From positions 148 through 64,147 of the forward strand of contig CAZQDP010000005.1 of the NCBI GenBank assembly GCA_964592375.1: a DNA stretch of 64,000 nucleotides. Reading direction: 5' to 3'. Positions within the stretch are counted from its first letter, which is position 1. Every line of letters starts with the position of its first letter. Both the position numbers and the translations under genes were made by a program. Below are positions 18,481 through 28,503 of the stretch, piece by piece. The notes under the pieces were generated by a model that was given only the letters and a program-made list of their open reading frames with translations, was not told the origin of the DNA and did no database searches. Source of the stretch: an uncultured Eubacteriales bacterium. Its GTDB lineage: Bacteria; Bacillota; Clostridia; RUG12999.

Positions 18481-19181
18481 GTTACATCCATTGCCTCCTT
18501 CATTCTTTCTGCTTGAGATTTACGCAGATATATTGGGATAAGTCGGTCGGCATTTTGATCCTGCCCGGTGGAATATTGCAAAGCAGCCAGTACCCCTACG
18601 CAAGAAGCGGATTGCATATTGCTGCTAGCAGGTGCGAATAAGCATAAACGACCAAGCTCACGAGACAGTAGCTCGCGATGCACCAAAGCACCGTCTCCAA
18701 TAAAAATGGCCTCGTGGCCTCGGGCTTTTACCGCATCGATAACAGCATCAAGGGCGAGTGCACAGGGTGGGGATAGCTCTTTGAGGCCGCTGGCTTCAAA
18801 TCGGTACCCTGCAGAATAAACCTGCTGGTTCCTAGCATCGAGCACGGGATAAATATCCGCACGACAATGTGGCAGAAGATATGCCATTGCCTCTAAGGTA
18901 GACACACCCACAACCGGTTTATCAAGACCAAAAGAAAGACCCTTTGCAGCGGATACACCAATGCGAATTCCGGTAAAGGAACCGGGGCCGCAGGCAACGG
19001 CAAATAAATCAATATCGGAGGGAGTAAGATTCACTTGCCCCAGCATATGGTCAATCATTGGCATTAGCCGCTCAGAATGAGTGAGTGTATCGTTTATGGT
19101 CAGCTCACATAGTAGCTTATCCTCTTGCAAAATGGCAACAGAGGCCACCGATGAGGAGGTATCAATCGCCAGTATTTTCAT
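18477..19181 (-). CDS. tsaB: tRNA threonylcarbamoyladenosine biosynthesis protein TsaB (YeaZ)
   Basis: The N-terminus is MKILAIDTSSSVASVAILQEDKLL. The protein is 234 aa and its gene overlaps rpiB by 4 bp. Confidence 0.8.
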   Translation of the reverse strand: MKILAIDTSSSVASVAILQEDKLLCELTINDTLTHSERLMPMIDHMLGQVNLTPSDIDLFAVACGPGSFTGIRIGVSAAKGLSFGLDKPVVGVSTLEAMAYLLPHCRADIYPVLDARNQQVYSAGYRFEASGLKELSPPCALALDAVIDAVKARGHEAIFIGDGALVHRELLSRELGRLCLFAPASSNMQSASCVGVLAALQYSTGQDQNADRLIPIYLRKSQAERMKEAMDVT

Positions 19182-19606
19182 AAATCATCCATTCCTTCTA
19201 CGCATATTTCGCGGCAGTTCTCATCCATGCCGGCTACTCGGCTAATGGTAATACGAATATTGCGCCCGCCTACAATACTTTCTGAAAATGTGGGCCACTC
19301 AATCACCGTAATGCCACTTTGGCCAATATATTCATCCAAGCCGGCCTCGAATAGCTCCTCCTGCGAATGCAGTCGATATAAATCAAAATGGTACAGCGTT
19401 AAGCGGCCCTCATGAATATTCATCAGAGCAAAGGTAGGACTGCTGACCACGGTACTCACCCCAAGGGCAGCAGCAAGACCCTGCACAAATGCGGTTTTCC
19501 CTACGCCCATCTCTCCATATAAACGTAATACATCCCCATCTTGAAGGGTTGGAGCAAGACTTTTTGCAACCGCCTTGGTTTGATCATCACTATGACTTTG
19601 AAACAT
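19178..19606 (-). CDS. tsaE: tRNA threonylcarbamoyladenosine biosynthesis ATPase TsaE (YjeE)
   Basis: A Walker A motif is present (YGEMGVGKT). The start is taken at the internal Met (MFQSHSDD...). The longer ORF-track start at 19657 would overlap fhs. Confidence 0.7.
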   Translation of the reverse strand: MFQSHSDDQTKAVAKSLAPTLQDGDVLRLYGEMGVGKTAFVQGLAAALGVSTVVSSPTFALMNIHEGRLTLYHFDLYRLHSQEELFEAGLDEYIGQSGITVIEWPTFSESIVGGRNIRITISRVAGMDENCREICVEGMDDL

Positions 19607-19625
19607 CAAAACCTCCATTATCGGA

Positions 19626-21296
19626 TTAAAACAACCCTGAAACAATGCCGTTTTCATCTATATCAATGGCATTGGCGGCAGGAGATAGGGGCAGTCCCGG
19701 CATGGTCATCACATCACCGGTCAAAACCACGACAAAACCGGCGCCGGCAGATAAACGAACTTCCTTGACCGAAACATCAAAATCGCAAGGCCGGCAAAGC
19801 AACTGAGGATTATCCGAAAGAGAATACTGGGTTTTCGCCATGCAAACAGGCAGGTTTCCATAGCCCATGGCCTCTATTTCACCAATGGTTTTTAAAGCAG
19901 AGGGGCTGTAATTAACGCCCTTTCCGCCATACACTTTTGTGACAATGCTCAGGATTTTCTCCTGTAATGAAAGAAAGAGGTCATAATATGGCCTAAATGC
20001 GACGGGTGCCCTGTCGGTCAGTGCAATCACTTCCTTGGCAAGGGCAAGCCCACCCTCTGCACCTTTTGCAAATACTTCAGAAAGGACGCAGACAACGCCC
20101 ATTTCCTTGCAAAATTCCTGCACACATGCAATTTCTCCGGGAGAATCCGTATCAAAACAGTTGAGTGCGACAACGCAAGGAACACCCAAAGCGGCGATAT
20201 TTTCAATATGCTTACCAAGGTTAGGCAGTCCGGCTTTGAGAGCCTCTGCATTTTCGACCTTCAACTCGCGGATAGGAACATGCCCATTATACTTGAGTGC
20301 ACGCACCGTCGCCACAAGTACCACGGCCTGTGGGGAAAGGTTCGCATACCGGCACTTAATATCAAAAAACTTTTCGCCTCCAAGGTCAGCACCAAAACCG
20401 GCCTCGGTAATGCAGTAATCTCCAAGTTTAAGCGCAAGCTTAGTCGCACGAACGCTATTACAACCATGAGCTATATTGGCAAAAGGTCCGCCGTGCATCA
20501 CACAAGGTGTGCCTTCTAAGGTTTGCACCAAATTAGGCGAAATGGCATCCTTTAGCAGTACGGTCATCGCGCCGCCGGCCTCTACATCCCCTGCCGTTAC
20601 CGGCTGATCCGAATAAGTATACGCCACCACCATACGAGATAAGCGCTTTTTCAGATCCATTAAATCCTCAGACAGACAAAGAATAGCCATGACCTCGGAA
20701 GCCACAGAAATCATAAACCCATCCTGCCTTGGCATGCCATCTATTCGGCCGCCTAGACCTACAATCACATTACGCAGTGCGCGGTCGTTCATATCCAGTA
20801 CACGCTTACATACAACTCGCCTGGGGTCAATTTGAAGGCGGTTACCTTGATGGATATGATTATCAATGAGCGCACAAAGCAAATTGTTGGCGGCGGTAAC
20901 TGCATGAATATCCCCCGTGAAGTGTAGGTTAATATCCTCCATGGGAACCACCTGTGCATATCCACCCCCCGCGGCGCCACCCTTTACACCAAAGACGGGG
21001 CCAAGAGAAGGCTCTCTCAGTGCAATAACTGTATTTTTGCCAAGACTGCACATGGCTTGGCCAAGGCCTACTGTGGTTGTGGTTTTGCCTTCACCGGCTG
21101 GAGTGGGATTGATAGCGGTGACCAAAATGAGCTTTCCGTCTTTCTCCTTGCCCAGTCGGTCGATGGCGGTTTGATTGATTTTGGCTTTATATCGTCCGTA
21201 AAACTCAATTTCATCCTCCAAAAGACCTAAGGAGCTTGCCACATCGGCAATGGGGCGCATTTGGCATTGCCTTGCAATTTCAATATCTGTTTTCAT
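19626..21296 (-). CDS. fhs: Formate--tetrahydrofolate ligase
   Basis: The 556-aa protein shows [12 protein letters not shown] and the overall FTHFS pattern. Confidence 0.9.
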   Translation of the reverse strand: MKTDIEIARQCQMRPIADVASSLGLLEDEIEFYGRYKAKINQTAIDRLGKEKDGKLILVTAINPTPAGEGKTTTTVGLGQAMCSLGKNTVIALREPSLGPVFGVKGGAAGGGYAQVVPMEDINLHFTGDIHAVTAANNLLCALIDNHIHQGNRLQIDPRRVVCKRVLDMNDRALRNVIVGLGGRIDGMPRQDGFMISVASEVMAILCLSEDLMDLKKRLSRMVVAYTYSDQPVTAGDVEAGGAMTVLLKDAISPNLVQTLEGTPCVMHGGPFANIAHGCNSVRATKLALKLGDYCITEAGFGADLGGEKFFDIKCRYANLSPQAVVLVATVRALKYNGHVPIRELKVENAEALKAGLPNLGKHIENIAALGVPCVVALNCFDTDSPGEIACVQEFCKEMGVVCVLSEVFAKGAEGGLALAKEVIALTDRAPVAFRPYYDLFLSLQEKILSIVTKVYGGKGVNYSPSALKTIGEIEAMGYGNLPVCMAKTQYSLSDNPQLLCRPCDFDVSVKEVRLSAGAGFVVVLTGDVMTMPGLPLSPAANAIDIDENGIVSGLF

Positions 21297-21583
21297 TCGT
21301 CAAAAACCTCCATTTGATGAATTTTTACCAAACATGCAATTTTCTTCAATCATATGTTCGGTTTACATTTTGAGGCCGTTTTTATACATTTTTAATGAAA
21401 TTATAAACACTCTGCACAGTGTTATGCACAGGTTAAAGCCATTTTCATCCCTTTTCTCGTTAAGTTATGCACAGGGTAGGGAAAAATGCAAAGCATTTAT
21501 GGAAGGACTTGGCTTTCATTTATTCATCTTTTGGTAAACATAATTTTAGGTTAACAATTATTTCCCAATTGATAAAAATTGTA

Positions 21584-23287
21584 TTAAAGACACCTTTTAA
21601 TAAATTTTACAGCTTCAACCTCGGCATCGGATAGGCTCATTTCAGAAACCTCACCGCTGCTGCGGAGTTTGTACTCCACAATGCCCTCTGAGGCTTTGCG
21701 ACCTACGGTAATCCGAACAGGAATGCCAATCAAATCGGCATCCTTAAATTTCACGCCTGCTCGCTCATCCCTATCATCCAGCAGTACCTCAATCCCCTGC
21801 CCTCGAAGCGAATGATACAGCTTTTCCGCTTCGCTCCTTTGAATGTCATCGGCGATGTTCACACATACAATGAGTACATGGAAGGGGGCAAGTGAAGCAG
21901 GCCAAACAATACCGTTTTCATCACAATTCTGCTCAATGACCGCTGCCATACATCGATTGACACCAATGCCATAGCAACCCATAACCATGGGGGTGGGTTT
22001 CCCCTCTTCATCAAGAAATGTACAATCCAGCGCTTTGCTGTACTTGGTTCCCAGCTTAAAAATATGCCCCACCTCAATGCCGCCGGCAGTATGAACGAGG
22101 CCGCCGCATTTGGGACAGCAATCGCCGTCTGCAATATTTCGAAGATCCACAAAAGCCTTGGGGGTAAAATCCTTGCCAATATTCACATTTTCAAAATGGA
22201 AGTCCGTCTGATTAGCACCGCATATGAAATTTTGCATCAGCTCAATTTCTAAGTCCGCAAGCACATCAATGGCAAGTCCAATAGGGCCTGCAAAGCCAAC
22301 AGCGGCACCGGTGATGGCCGCGACATCCTCCGCACAGGCCATTTCCAGTGCGGCGCATCCCAAATGGTTTTGAAGCTTGGTTTCGTTCAGCTCACGATCC
22401 CCACGAAGAAGCACTGCCACAAAAGCATCATCCGCTTTATAAATAAGCGTTTTCACAAATAATGAGGCCGGAGCAGAAAGGAATTGCATCAGCTGGTCTA
22501 TGGTGCGAACACCGGGCGTATGTACCTGCTTTTTTTCTGCACTGCAAGGTGGACAATCTATTTTTTGAGGTACGCAAGGGGCCTTTTCATCATTGGCCGC
22601 AAAACCGCAAATGTCGCAATATGCAATGACTGCCTCGCCCACCTCAGACTTCACCATAAATTCCTGCGAGCCACTACCACCCATGGCTCCCGAATCTGCA
22701 TCCACTGCAATATAATTCATTCCCATTCGATCAAAAGCGGCGCAGTAGGCATGATACATATTGGTATAAGACACATCAAGCCCTAAGGCGTCCTTATCAA
22801 AGCTATATGCATCCTTCATAATAAATTCGCGGCTACGCATCACGCCAAAACGCGGACGGCGCTCATCACGATATTTGGTTTGGATTTGATACAATGTCAG
22901 CGGTAGGCTACGGTAGGATTTCACTTCACTGCGCACGGTTTGCGTAAAAATTTCTTCATGCGTAGGACCAAGGCAAAAATCCCTACCCCCTCTGTCTTGC
23001 AGGCGAAACATCTCGGGACCAAACACATCCCATCTGCCTGAGGCCTGATAAGTTTCGGAAGGTAACAGTGCAGGCATCAGCAGTTCCTGCGCACCATGCG
23101 CATCCATTTCCTCGCGAATAATTTGCTCCACCTTCTTCAGACTGCGAAGGCCCAAGGGCAAATACGCATATATACCGGCTGCCACCTTTCGCATGAGGCC
23201 GGCACGCAGCATCAACTGATGGCTTTTAATCTCCGCTTCAGCCGGTACCTCCTTTAAAGTAGGCATCAACAGATTTGACATTTTCAT
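21584..23287 (-). CDS. proS: Proline--tRNA ligase (bacterial type with editing domain)
   Basis: The 567-aa protein starts [30 protein letters not shown] and has class II motifs. Confidence 0.9.
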   Translation of the reverse strand: MKMSNLLMPTLKEVPAEAEIKSHQLMLRAGLMRKVAAGIYAYLPLGLRSLKKVEQIIREEMDAHGAQELLMPALLPSETYQASGRWDVFGPEMFRLQDRGGRDFCLGPTHEEIFTQTVRSEVKSYRSLPLTLYQIQTKYRDERRPRFGVMRSREFIMKDAYSFDKDALGLDVSYTNMYHAYCAAFDRMGMNYIAVDADSGAMGGSGSQEFMVKSEVGEAVIAYCDICGFAANDEKAPCVPQKIDCPPCSAEKKQVHTPGVRTIDQLMQFLSAPASLFVKTLIYKADDAFVAVLLRGDRELNETKLQNHLGCAALEMACAEDVAAITGAAVGFAGPIGLAIDVLADLEIELMQNFICGANQTDFHFENVNIGKDFTPKAFVDLRNIADGDCCPKCGGLVHTAGGIEVGHIFKLGTKYSKALDCTFLDEEGKPTPMVMGCYGIGVNRCMAAVIEQNCDENGIVWPASLAPFHVLIVCVNIADDIQRSEAEKLYHSLRGQGIEVLLDDRDERAGVKFKDADLIGIPVRITVGRKASEGIVEYKLRSSGEVSEMSLSDAEVEAVKFIKRCL

Positions 23288-23769
23288 AGTGATCGTCCCT
23301 TCTCGTTTATCAGCGCCACTGCATAAGCTGCAATACCCTCGCCTCTGCCGGCAAAGCCCATTTGCTCTGTTGTGGTCGCCTTGATATTTATTTTATACTC
23401 GCCAACACCAAGCGCGGCTGCAATATTTTCTTCCATTTGGGCGGTATAAGGGGAAAGCTTTGGCCACTGAGCTACAATGGTGCAATCAATATTACCCACC
23501 TCAAAACCTGCCTCCGCTATCTTGCTTGCCACTTGCTTTAACAAAAGAATACTGGAAATATTCTGAAAGGATACATCCGTATCCGGAAAAAGCTTTCCAA
23601 TATCGCCAAGTGAGGCGGCACCCAAAAGTGCATCCATTATCGCATGCAAGAGTACATCCGCATCTGAATGACCGAGCAGACCCAGCGGATGCATAATATC
23701 AACTCCGCCAAGAATCAGCCTTCTCCCCTCGACTAATCGATGAACATCATATCCGCTACCAATACGCAT
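23284..23769 (-). CDS. ispF: 2-C-methyl-D-erythritol 2,4-cyclodiphosphate synthase
   Basis: The protein reads [23 protein letters not shown]...[10 protein letters not shown]. The start is taken at the Met giving [10 protein letters not shown]; the ORF-track start at 23853 adds 28 residues of N-terminal extension that is not expected for IspF. Confidence 0.8.
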   Translation of the reverse strand: MRIGSGYDVHRLVEGRRLILGGVDIMHPLGLLGHSDADVLLHAIMDALLGAASLGDIGKLFPDTDVSFQNISSILLLKQVASKIAEAGFEVGNIDCTIVAQWPKLSPYTAQMEENIAAALGVGEYKINIKATTTEQMGFAGRGEGIAAYAVALINEKGRSL

Positions 23770-24505
23770 CGATTTCTCCCCCATCCTCATTTGAAGCTTC
23801 CACAAAAGCGGGTTCTTTACCTGCCAATATAGCAGTAGCAAGCATGATATCATGCTTGGTTGTGATCTTTATATTCAGCGGATGCCCATCTACCATTTGC
23901 ACATGTATGCCCTGCCCATTTGCAAGGCCGCATAAGTCCGTATACCGGCTTAAAATGGCATGGGGCAGTGCCAATAGTTTATCTAAGATTTCCGATTGAA
24001 AAGTTTGCGGTGTTTGGGTTTGATATAGACTGCTGCGAGCTGGTACATGGCATAGTTTTTGCCCGCATTCGGAAACGGCAATGGTATCCGATACAGGCAA
24101 AAAAGTTCCGCAGGCACCATGCAAAGATGCTGCGGCAATGCTATTTTCTATCATTTCCTTCGTCACAAATGGACGAGCGGCGTCATGCGTTAAAATAATA
24201 TCCTGCGGTTGCAAGGCATATTGCGCCTTCAAGTGGCTGTATGCGTTTGTAATGGTTTGCATTCTGTCTGCTCCGCCTTGGATAATGCTACACTGCTGCT
24301 CCAAAATACCTGCATGAAAGAGCATTTCCCTTGCAGTAAGAACAAAATCCTTCGGCATGCCAACCACAATGTGCCGACAAAACGGTATAAAAGCCTTGAT
24401 AGTATGTATAAAAATAGGATGTGGACCGACCTTAATAAATTGCTTTGGAATATTTAATTCCATCCGAGTCCCTCTACCCCCTGCAGCAATCAGAAGATAG
24501 GACAT
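23756..24505 (-). CDS. ispD: 2-C-methyl-D-erythritol 4-phosphate cytidylyltransferase
   Basis: The N-terminus is MSYLLIAAGGRGTRMELNIPKQFIKV. The protein is 249 aa. Confidence 0.85.
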   Translation of the reverse strand: MSYLLIAAGGRGTRMELNIPKQFIKVGPHPIFIHTIKAFIPFCRHIVVGMPKDFVLTAREMLFHAGILEQQCSIIQGGADRMQTITNAYSHLKAQYALQPQDIILTHDAARPFVTKEMIENSIAAASLHGACGTFLPVSDTIAVSECGQKLCHVPARSSLYQTQTPQTFQSEILDKLLALPHAILSRYTDLCGLANGQGIHVQMVDGHPLNIKITTKHDIMLATAILAGKEPAFVEASNEDGGEIDAYW

Positions 24506-24536
24506 GTACGATCATCCCTTCCATATGCAAAAAAGC

Positions 24537-25019
24537 TTATAGCTTTTCAATAATTGCACTCAGCACACATTCCACATCGTCCTTGAGCTTATCTTGCGCC
24601 AGCACGATTTCGCTGATTAAAATTTGTTTTGCACTGGAAAGCATTTTTCGTTCCCCTGAGGATAAACCACGGGACTTGTCCCTGCACATGAGGGTTTTGA
24701 CAACTTGCGCCACCTCATAAATATCGCCACTCTTAATGCGGGCTACATTTTCACGATATCGCTTATTCCAGTTGCTGTTAATTTCTTCTTCATACTCTTC
24801 AAAATAGCGAATGACCATATCCGCTTCACTACTGCAAATGATGCTACGCACCCCGATGCAGGCAACATTGTTCACAGGAATCATGACCTTCATATCATCA
24901 CAAGGCATTTTAAGCACATAATAATGCTTACGTTCCCCTAAAATCTCTTTTTCTTCAATTGATTCAATTACCCCAGCGCCATGCATAGGATACAAAATCC
25001 GATCTCCAATACAATACAT
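24537..25019 (-). CDS. carD: CarD/CdnL family RNA-polymerase-binding transcription factor
   Basis: MYCIGDRILYPMHGAGVIESIEEKEILGERKHYYVL is the CarD_CdnL_TRCF N-domain. The gene sits in the usual position upstream of ispD. Confidence 0.7.
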   Translation of the reverse strand: MYCIGDRILYPMHGAGVIESIEEKEILGERKHYYVLKMPCDDMKVMIPVNNVACIGVRSIICSSEADMVIRYFEEYEEEINSNWNKRYRENVARIKSGDIYEVAQVVKTLMCRDKSRGLSSGERKMLSSAKQILISEIVLAQDKLKDDVECVLSAIIEKL

Positions 25020-25224
25020 AAAAATGCCTCCCAACGGCTGAAAAACGAGTGTCTTTTAACCCTTAAAAACAAGGAAATTTAAGTTAAAAACAAGTCGTAT
25101 TCCCACACTTTCTATTATACAGCATATTATTGCCTTTGTCAAAGCATTTTATACCCAATTGGTGTTTTTAGTGGATATTTATAGAATTACGCTGTGCAAG
25201 AGGTGCATATTATATAACTTAACC

Positions 25225-25253
25225 TTGACAAGAATAAGGTAATCATGTAGAAT
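25225..25253 (+). promoter_or_regulatory. Sigma-A-type promoter for the FHA-RDD gene
   Basis: TTGACA - 17 bp - TAGAAT. Confidence 0.4.
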
Positions 25254-25292
25254 TATAGAAACAAAGATAGTGAAAAAAGGATGATTTTAGAT

Positions 25293-26066
25293 ATGATGAA
25301 TTACTATCTTACGGTATACATCGGTTCAAAGGTACAAAACACAATATGCTTAAATGAGCAAAAAGGATTTGTGGGTGGCAGAATTACTTTTGGAAGAGCG
25401 CAGGATAACGATATTGTGCTATCGTATCCTACGGTGTCCAGAAGTCATGGCGCCATTGAATTTGTAGGCGAGAAAGTGTATATGACAGACAGCGGAAGCC
25501 TTAATAAACTGAGCTACAAGGGCAAGCAGTATACAAAAGTGCCGCTGAGAGACAGAATGCTCATTTCTCTTTCACCCGGCAGGCAAACGGAGGAATCCAT
25601 CCGTCTGTACTTTACCGCTGTGCAGGCCATGAAACCTACGGTAGCTACCGAAGAAGGGGATACGAATACGCAGGGCTATGCCCATGCGGAAATCGGCCGA
25701 AGAATCACGGCGCTTGCGATTGATTTGTTTATTATATTTTTCATGTGGATTGGAGCCATGGTCCTTCTTTTATTTCTTGACTTGCCTTTTAAAATGGAGA
25801 TTGGTGTTTTTTGCATTTTTCCCATTTGGATTTTGTATTTTGCTCTATCCGATAGCTCTGATAAGCAAGGAACTGCAGGAAAAAAAGTTGCCGGTATTCT
25901 TGTGGCAAGCGATGAAGGAATAAGAATTTCTATAAAATCTGCGTACATACGCAGTGTGATGAAGCTTGTGTCCATCCTCATCTTAGGGATTGGTTTCGCC
26001 CCTATTTTCTCTTCTGGAAAAACATTGCACGATGCAGTGGCAAAAACCAATGTGTTTTTGCGATAG
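25293..26066 (+). CDS. FHA domain protein with C-terminal RDD-family membrane domain
   Basis: The FHA core reads GRITFGRAQDNDIVLSYPTVSRSHGAIEF. The C-terminal TM region has an RDD-like signature (RRITALAIDLFI...GKKVAGILV). The start is taken at Met5 (RBS AAGGA + 11 nt). Confidence 0.6.
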   Translation: MMNYYLTVYIGSKVQNTICLNEQKGFVGGRITFGRAQDNDIVLSYPTVSRSHGAIEFVGEKVYMTDSGSLNKLSYKGKQYTKVPLRDRMLISLSPGRQTEESIRLYFTAVQAMKPTVATEEGDTNTQGYAHAEIGRRITALAIDLFIIFFMWIGAMVLLLFLDLPFKMEIGVFCIFPIWILYFALSDSSDKQGTAGKKVAGILVASDEGIRISIKSAYIRSVMKLVSILILGIGFAPIFSSGKTLHDAVAKTNVFLR

Positions 26067-26141
26067 CAGGAAGCACAAAATGTATCTTATTTTCAAATGA
26101 ATGGCTATCTCGTTCACTTATAGAATGATGGAGGTTTTCGC

Positions 26142-26651
26142 TTGTTTACTAAATTCAGTGTTCGTCAGTTGGTATATGCTGCCTTTATCGCAGCTATCTA
26201 TGCCGCACTTACACTTTTTCCGCCGCTAGCGGCTATTTCTTATGGGCCGATTCAATTTCGCGTAGCAGAGGTGATGACCGTTTTGCCCATGTACACACCC
26301 TTAGCGATACCAGGCCTATTTGTAGGCTGTTTGATTTCCAATATGTTTAGTAGCTATGGATTTATGGATATCGTAATTGGAAGCACGGCTACCCTTATTG
26401 CAGCTATTTTTACCTATCTTTTGCGGAAAAATAAGCTTGTGGCATTGTTTATGCCCGTGCTTTTTAATGGATTAATTGTGGGCTGGCTGATTACCTATAG
26501 TATGTCTTTTGGTAGCGGTGTCTTTCCAATGCCGCTCTTTTTGTTCAATGCAGGAACAGTCGCTTTGGGTGAGCTTGGCGTATGCTATGCATTTGGGTAT
26601 CCGTTCACCCTATTTTTAGATAAAAAAGGAAAGGATTTATTTCGGACATAA
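26142..26651 (+). CDS. queT: QueT-family queuosine-precursor transporter (ECF-type S component-like membrane protein)
   Basis: The 169-aa protein has ~5 TM segments. Its N-terminus MFTKFSVRQLVYAAFIAAIYAALT is typical of the QueT family. The start is TTG with GGAGG 7 nt upstream. Confidence 0.55.
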   Translation: MFTKFSVRQLVYAAFIAAIYAALTLFPPLAAISYGPIQFRVAEVMTVLPMYTPLAIPGLFVGCLISNMFSSYGFMDIVIGSTATLIAAIFTYLLRKNKLVALFMPVLFNGLIVGWLITYSMSFGSGVFPMPLFLFNAGTVALGELGVCYAFGYPFTLFLDKKGKDLFRT

Positions 26652-26749
26652 ATTGATGGGCATAAATGGTGAATAAAAAATGAGAAGCTTACTTCTTGTT
26701 CAATTCACAATTTTTGTAGGTAGCGTGATATTTGTCCGGGTGATTTTGA

Positions 26750-28453
26750 ATGAGAACATACAAATGGAGATACATGCAGCATCATCCGTATATGGACAGT
26801 GTGCTTGCCCTATCTGAAGAAACGGGTTTATCCACGCTTGCCGTGGCTACCGCAATGAACCGGGGCTTGCAAAATGCAAGGGCTTTGCTGGATTTTGTCC
26901 ACAAGCTTTTTGAACAGCTCCACAATCCCATGCTCATGAAGGATATGGACAAGGCGGTGGCGCGCATTTCAATGGCCATTGCGCGGGGAGAAAAAATTGT
27001 TGTATACGGAGATTATGACGTGGACGGTATTACTTCCGTTTCAGTGCTGACACATTATTTAAGAAGCTGTGGGGCACGGGTGGATTACTATATTCCGGGA
27101 AGAATGGAAGAAGGGTATGGGGTAAACCGAGGAGCAATCGATAAAATCAAAGCCTTAGAAGCAGGGCTGATTATCACGGTAGATACGGGCACAACAGCGG
27201 TAGAGGAATGCGAATACATCCAAGCCCTGGGGATGGATGTGATTATTACCGATCATCATCGGTGCAAGGAGAAGCTACCGGTTTGCGTGGCTGTTGTTAA
27301 TCCACAACAAGAGGATTGCCCCTATCCTTTTAAAAACTTAGCAGGTGTAGGCGTGGTGTTTAAGCTTTTGTGTGCGCACTGCAAAGATGATAAAAAGGTG
27401 TTTGAGCGATATGGAGATTTGATCACCATCGGCACCATTGCAGATGTGGTGAGTTTACATGGCGAAAATCGCATTATTGTGCATGAGGGGCTTGCGCTTG
27501 TGTCGAACACAAAGAATATGGGACTGAGGGCACTCATTGAGGCCTGCTGTATTCGTAGTCCCATGATGGGTGTGGGCAATATTGGCTTTTCCATTGCACC
27601 GCGTATTAATGCGGCAGGGCGGGTGGGCAGTGCCTCAAAAGCGGTGAGCCTGTTTCTTTCGGACGACGATGCCGAGGCTGAGGCCATCGCGAAGGAGCTA
27701 TGTAGTGAAAATCGTAGCCGGCAGGAAATGGAAAATGAAATCATGGCGGAGGCAATACAAATGATAGAGAACAATCCCGCCTTGGGGACACAAAAGGTCA
27801 TTGTCCTTTGGAAAGATGGCTGGCACCATGGTGTCATCGGCATTGTGGCATCTCGCATCAGCGAAAAATATTATCGTCCGTGCATCCTCATTGGCGTGGA
27901 TAATGAGGCGGGAAAAGGCTCCGGGCGTAGCATCAAAGGCTTTAATTTATTTGAGGCCCTGCGTGAATGCAGTGACCTTGTAGAAAAATTCGGGGGTCAT
28001 GAGCTTGCGGCAGGTCTTAGTATTCATCAAGAAAATATCCATAAGCTCAGTAGTCGCCTGAACAGCATTGCCAATGATTTATTGGGTGAGGTAGCACTTG
28101 AGCCCACACTTTATATCGATTGTGAGCTACCAAAGGAATGCATTTCGCTTATGGCGGCAGAGCAACTGAGTATACTGGAACCATTTGGAACGGGCAATCC
28201 GCAGCCCTGCTTTTCCATTTCCGACTGCATCATCAGAAAGTGTTCACTGCTTTCGGTGGATAAACATATTGCAATGGTACTGGAAAAGGAAAATGCAGTA
28301 TTTGAAGCGGTGGGCTTTTCTCTGGGGGGGCTGTATAAGCAATACCGCGAAGGCGATGTGATCAGTGTTGCGGGAGCAATTTCCGTAAATGAATACCATG
28401 GTAGGCGAAAGCTACAATTTATCATCAAGGATGTTGTAGGGCAAAAGGCGTAG
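26750..28453 (+). CDS. recJ: Single-stranded-DNA-specific exonuclease RecJ
   Basis: DHH motifs are present (VYGDYDVDGITS, ITDHH) and a DHHA1 region (GGHELAAG). The protein is 567 aa. Confidence 0.85.
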   Translation: MRTYKWRYMQHHPYMDSVLALSEETGLSTLAVATAMNRGLQNARALLDFVHKLFEQLHNPMLMKDMDKAVARISMAIARGEKIVVYGDYDVDGITSVSVLTHYLRSCGARVDYYIPGRMEEGYGVNRGAIDKIKALEAGLIITVDTGTTAVEECEYIQALGMDVIITDHHRCKEKLPVCVAVVNPQQEDCPYPFKNLAGVGVVFKLLCAHCKDDKKVFERYGDLITIGTIADVVSLHGENRIIVHEGLALVSNTKNMGLRALIEACCIRSPMMGVGNIGFSIAPRINAAGRVGSASKAVSLFLSDDDAEAEAIAKELCSENRSRQEMENEIMAEAIQMIENNPALGTQKVIVLWKDGWHHGVIGIVASRISEKYYRPCILIGVDNEAGKGSGRSIKGFNLFEALRECSDLVEKFGGHELAAGLSIHQENIHKLSSRLNSIANDLLGEVALEPTLYIDCELPKECISLMAAEQLSILEPFGTGNPQPCFSISDCIIRKCSLLSVDKHIAMVLEKENAVFEAVGFSLGGLYKQYREGDVISVAGAISVNEYHGRRKLQFIIKDVVGQKA

Positions 28454-28503
28454 ATAAGATCATTGTGGCAGAGGATTTTTTCCCGCAAAGAAGGAGTAAT
28501 GGC

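Noticed and set aside
21297-21583. A 95-aa plus-strand ORF (21250-21537) in the fhs-proS intergenic region
   Set aside because: It overlaps the fhs start, lies on the opposite strand with no RBS and has a low-complexity hydrophobic sequence. The region is more likely the fhs promoter and the proS terminator.
26030-26141. preQ1-I riboswitch upstream of queT
   Set aside because: The candidate stem (GUGUU...CAC AAAAUG) is weak and overlaps the stop codon of the upstream gene. The conserved 3' tail is absent. A covariance-model search would be needed to revive it.
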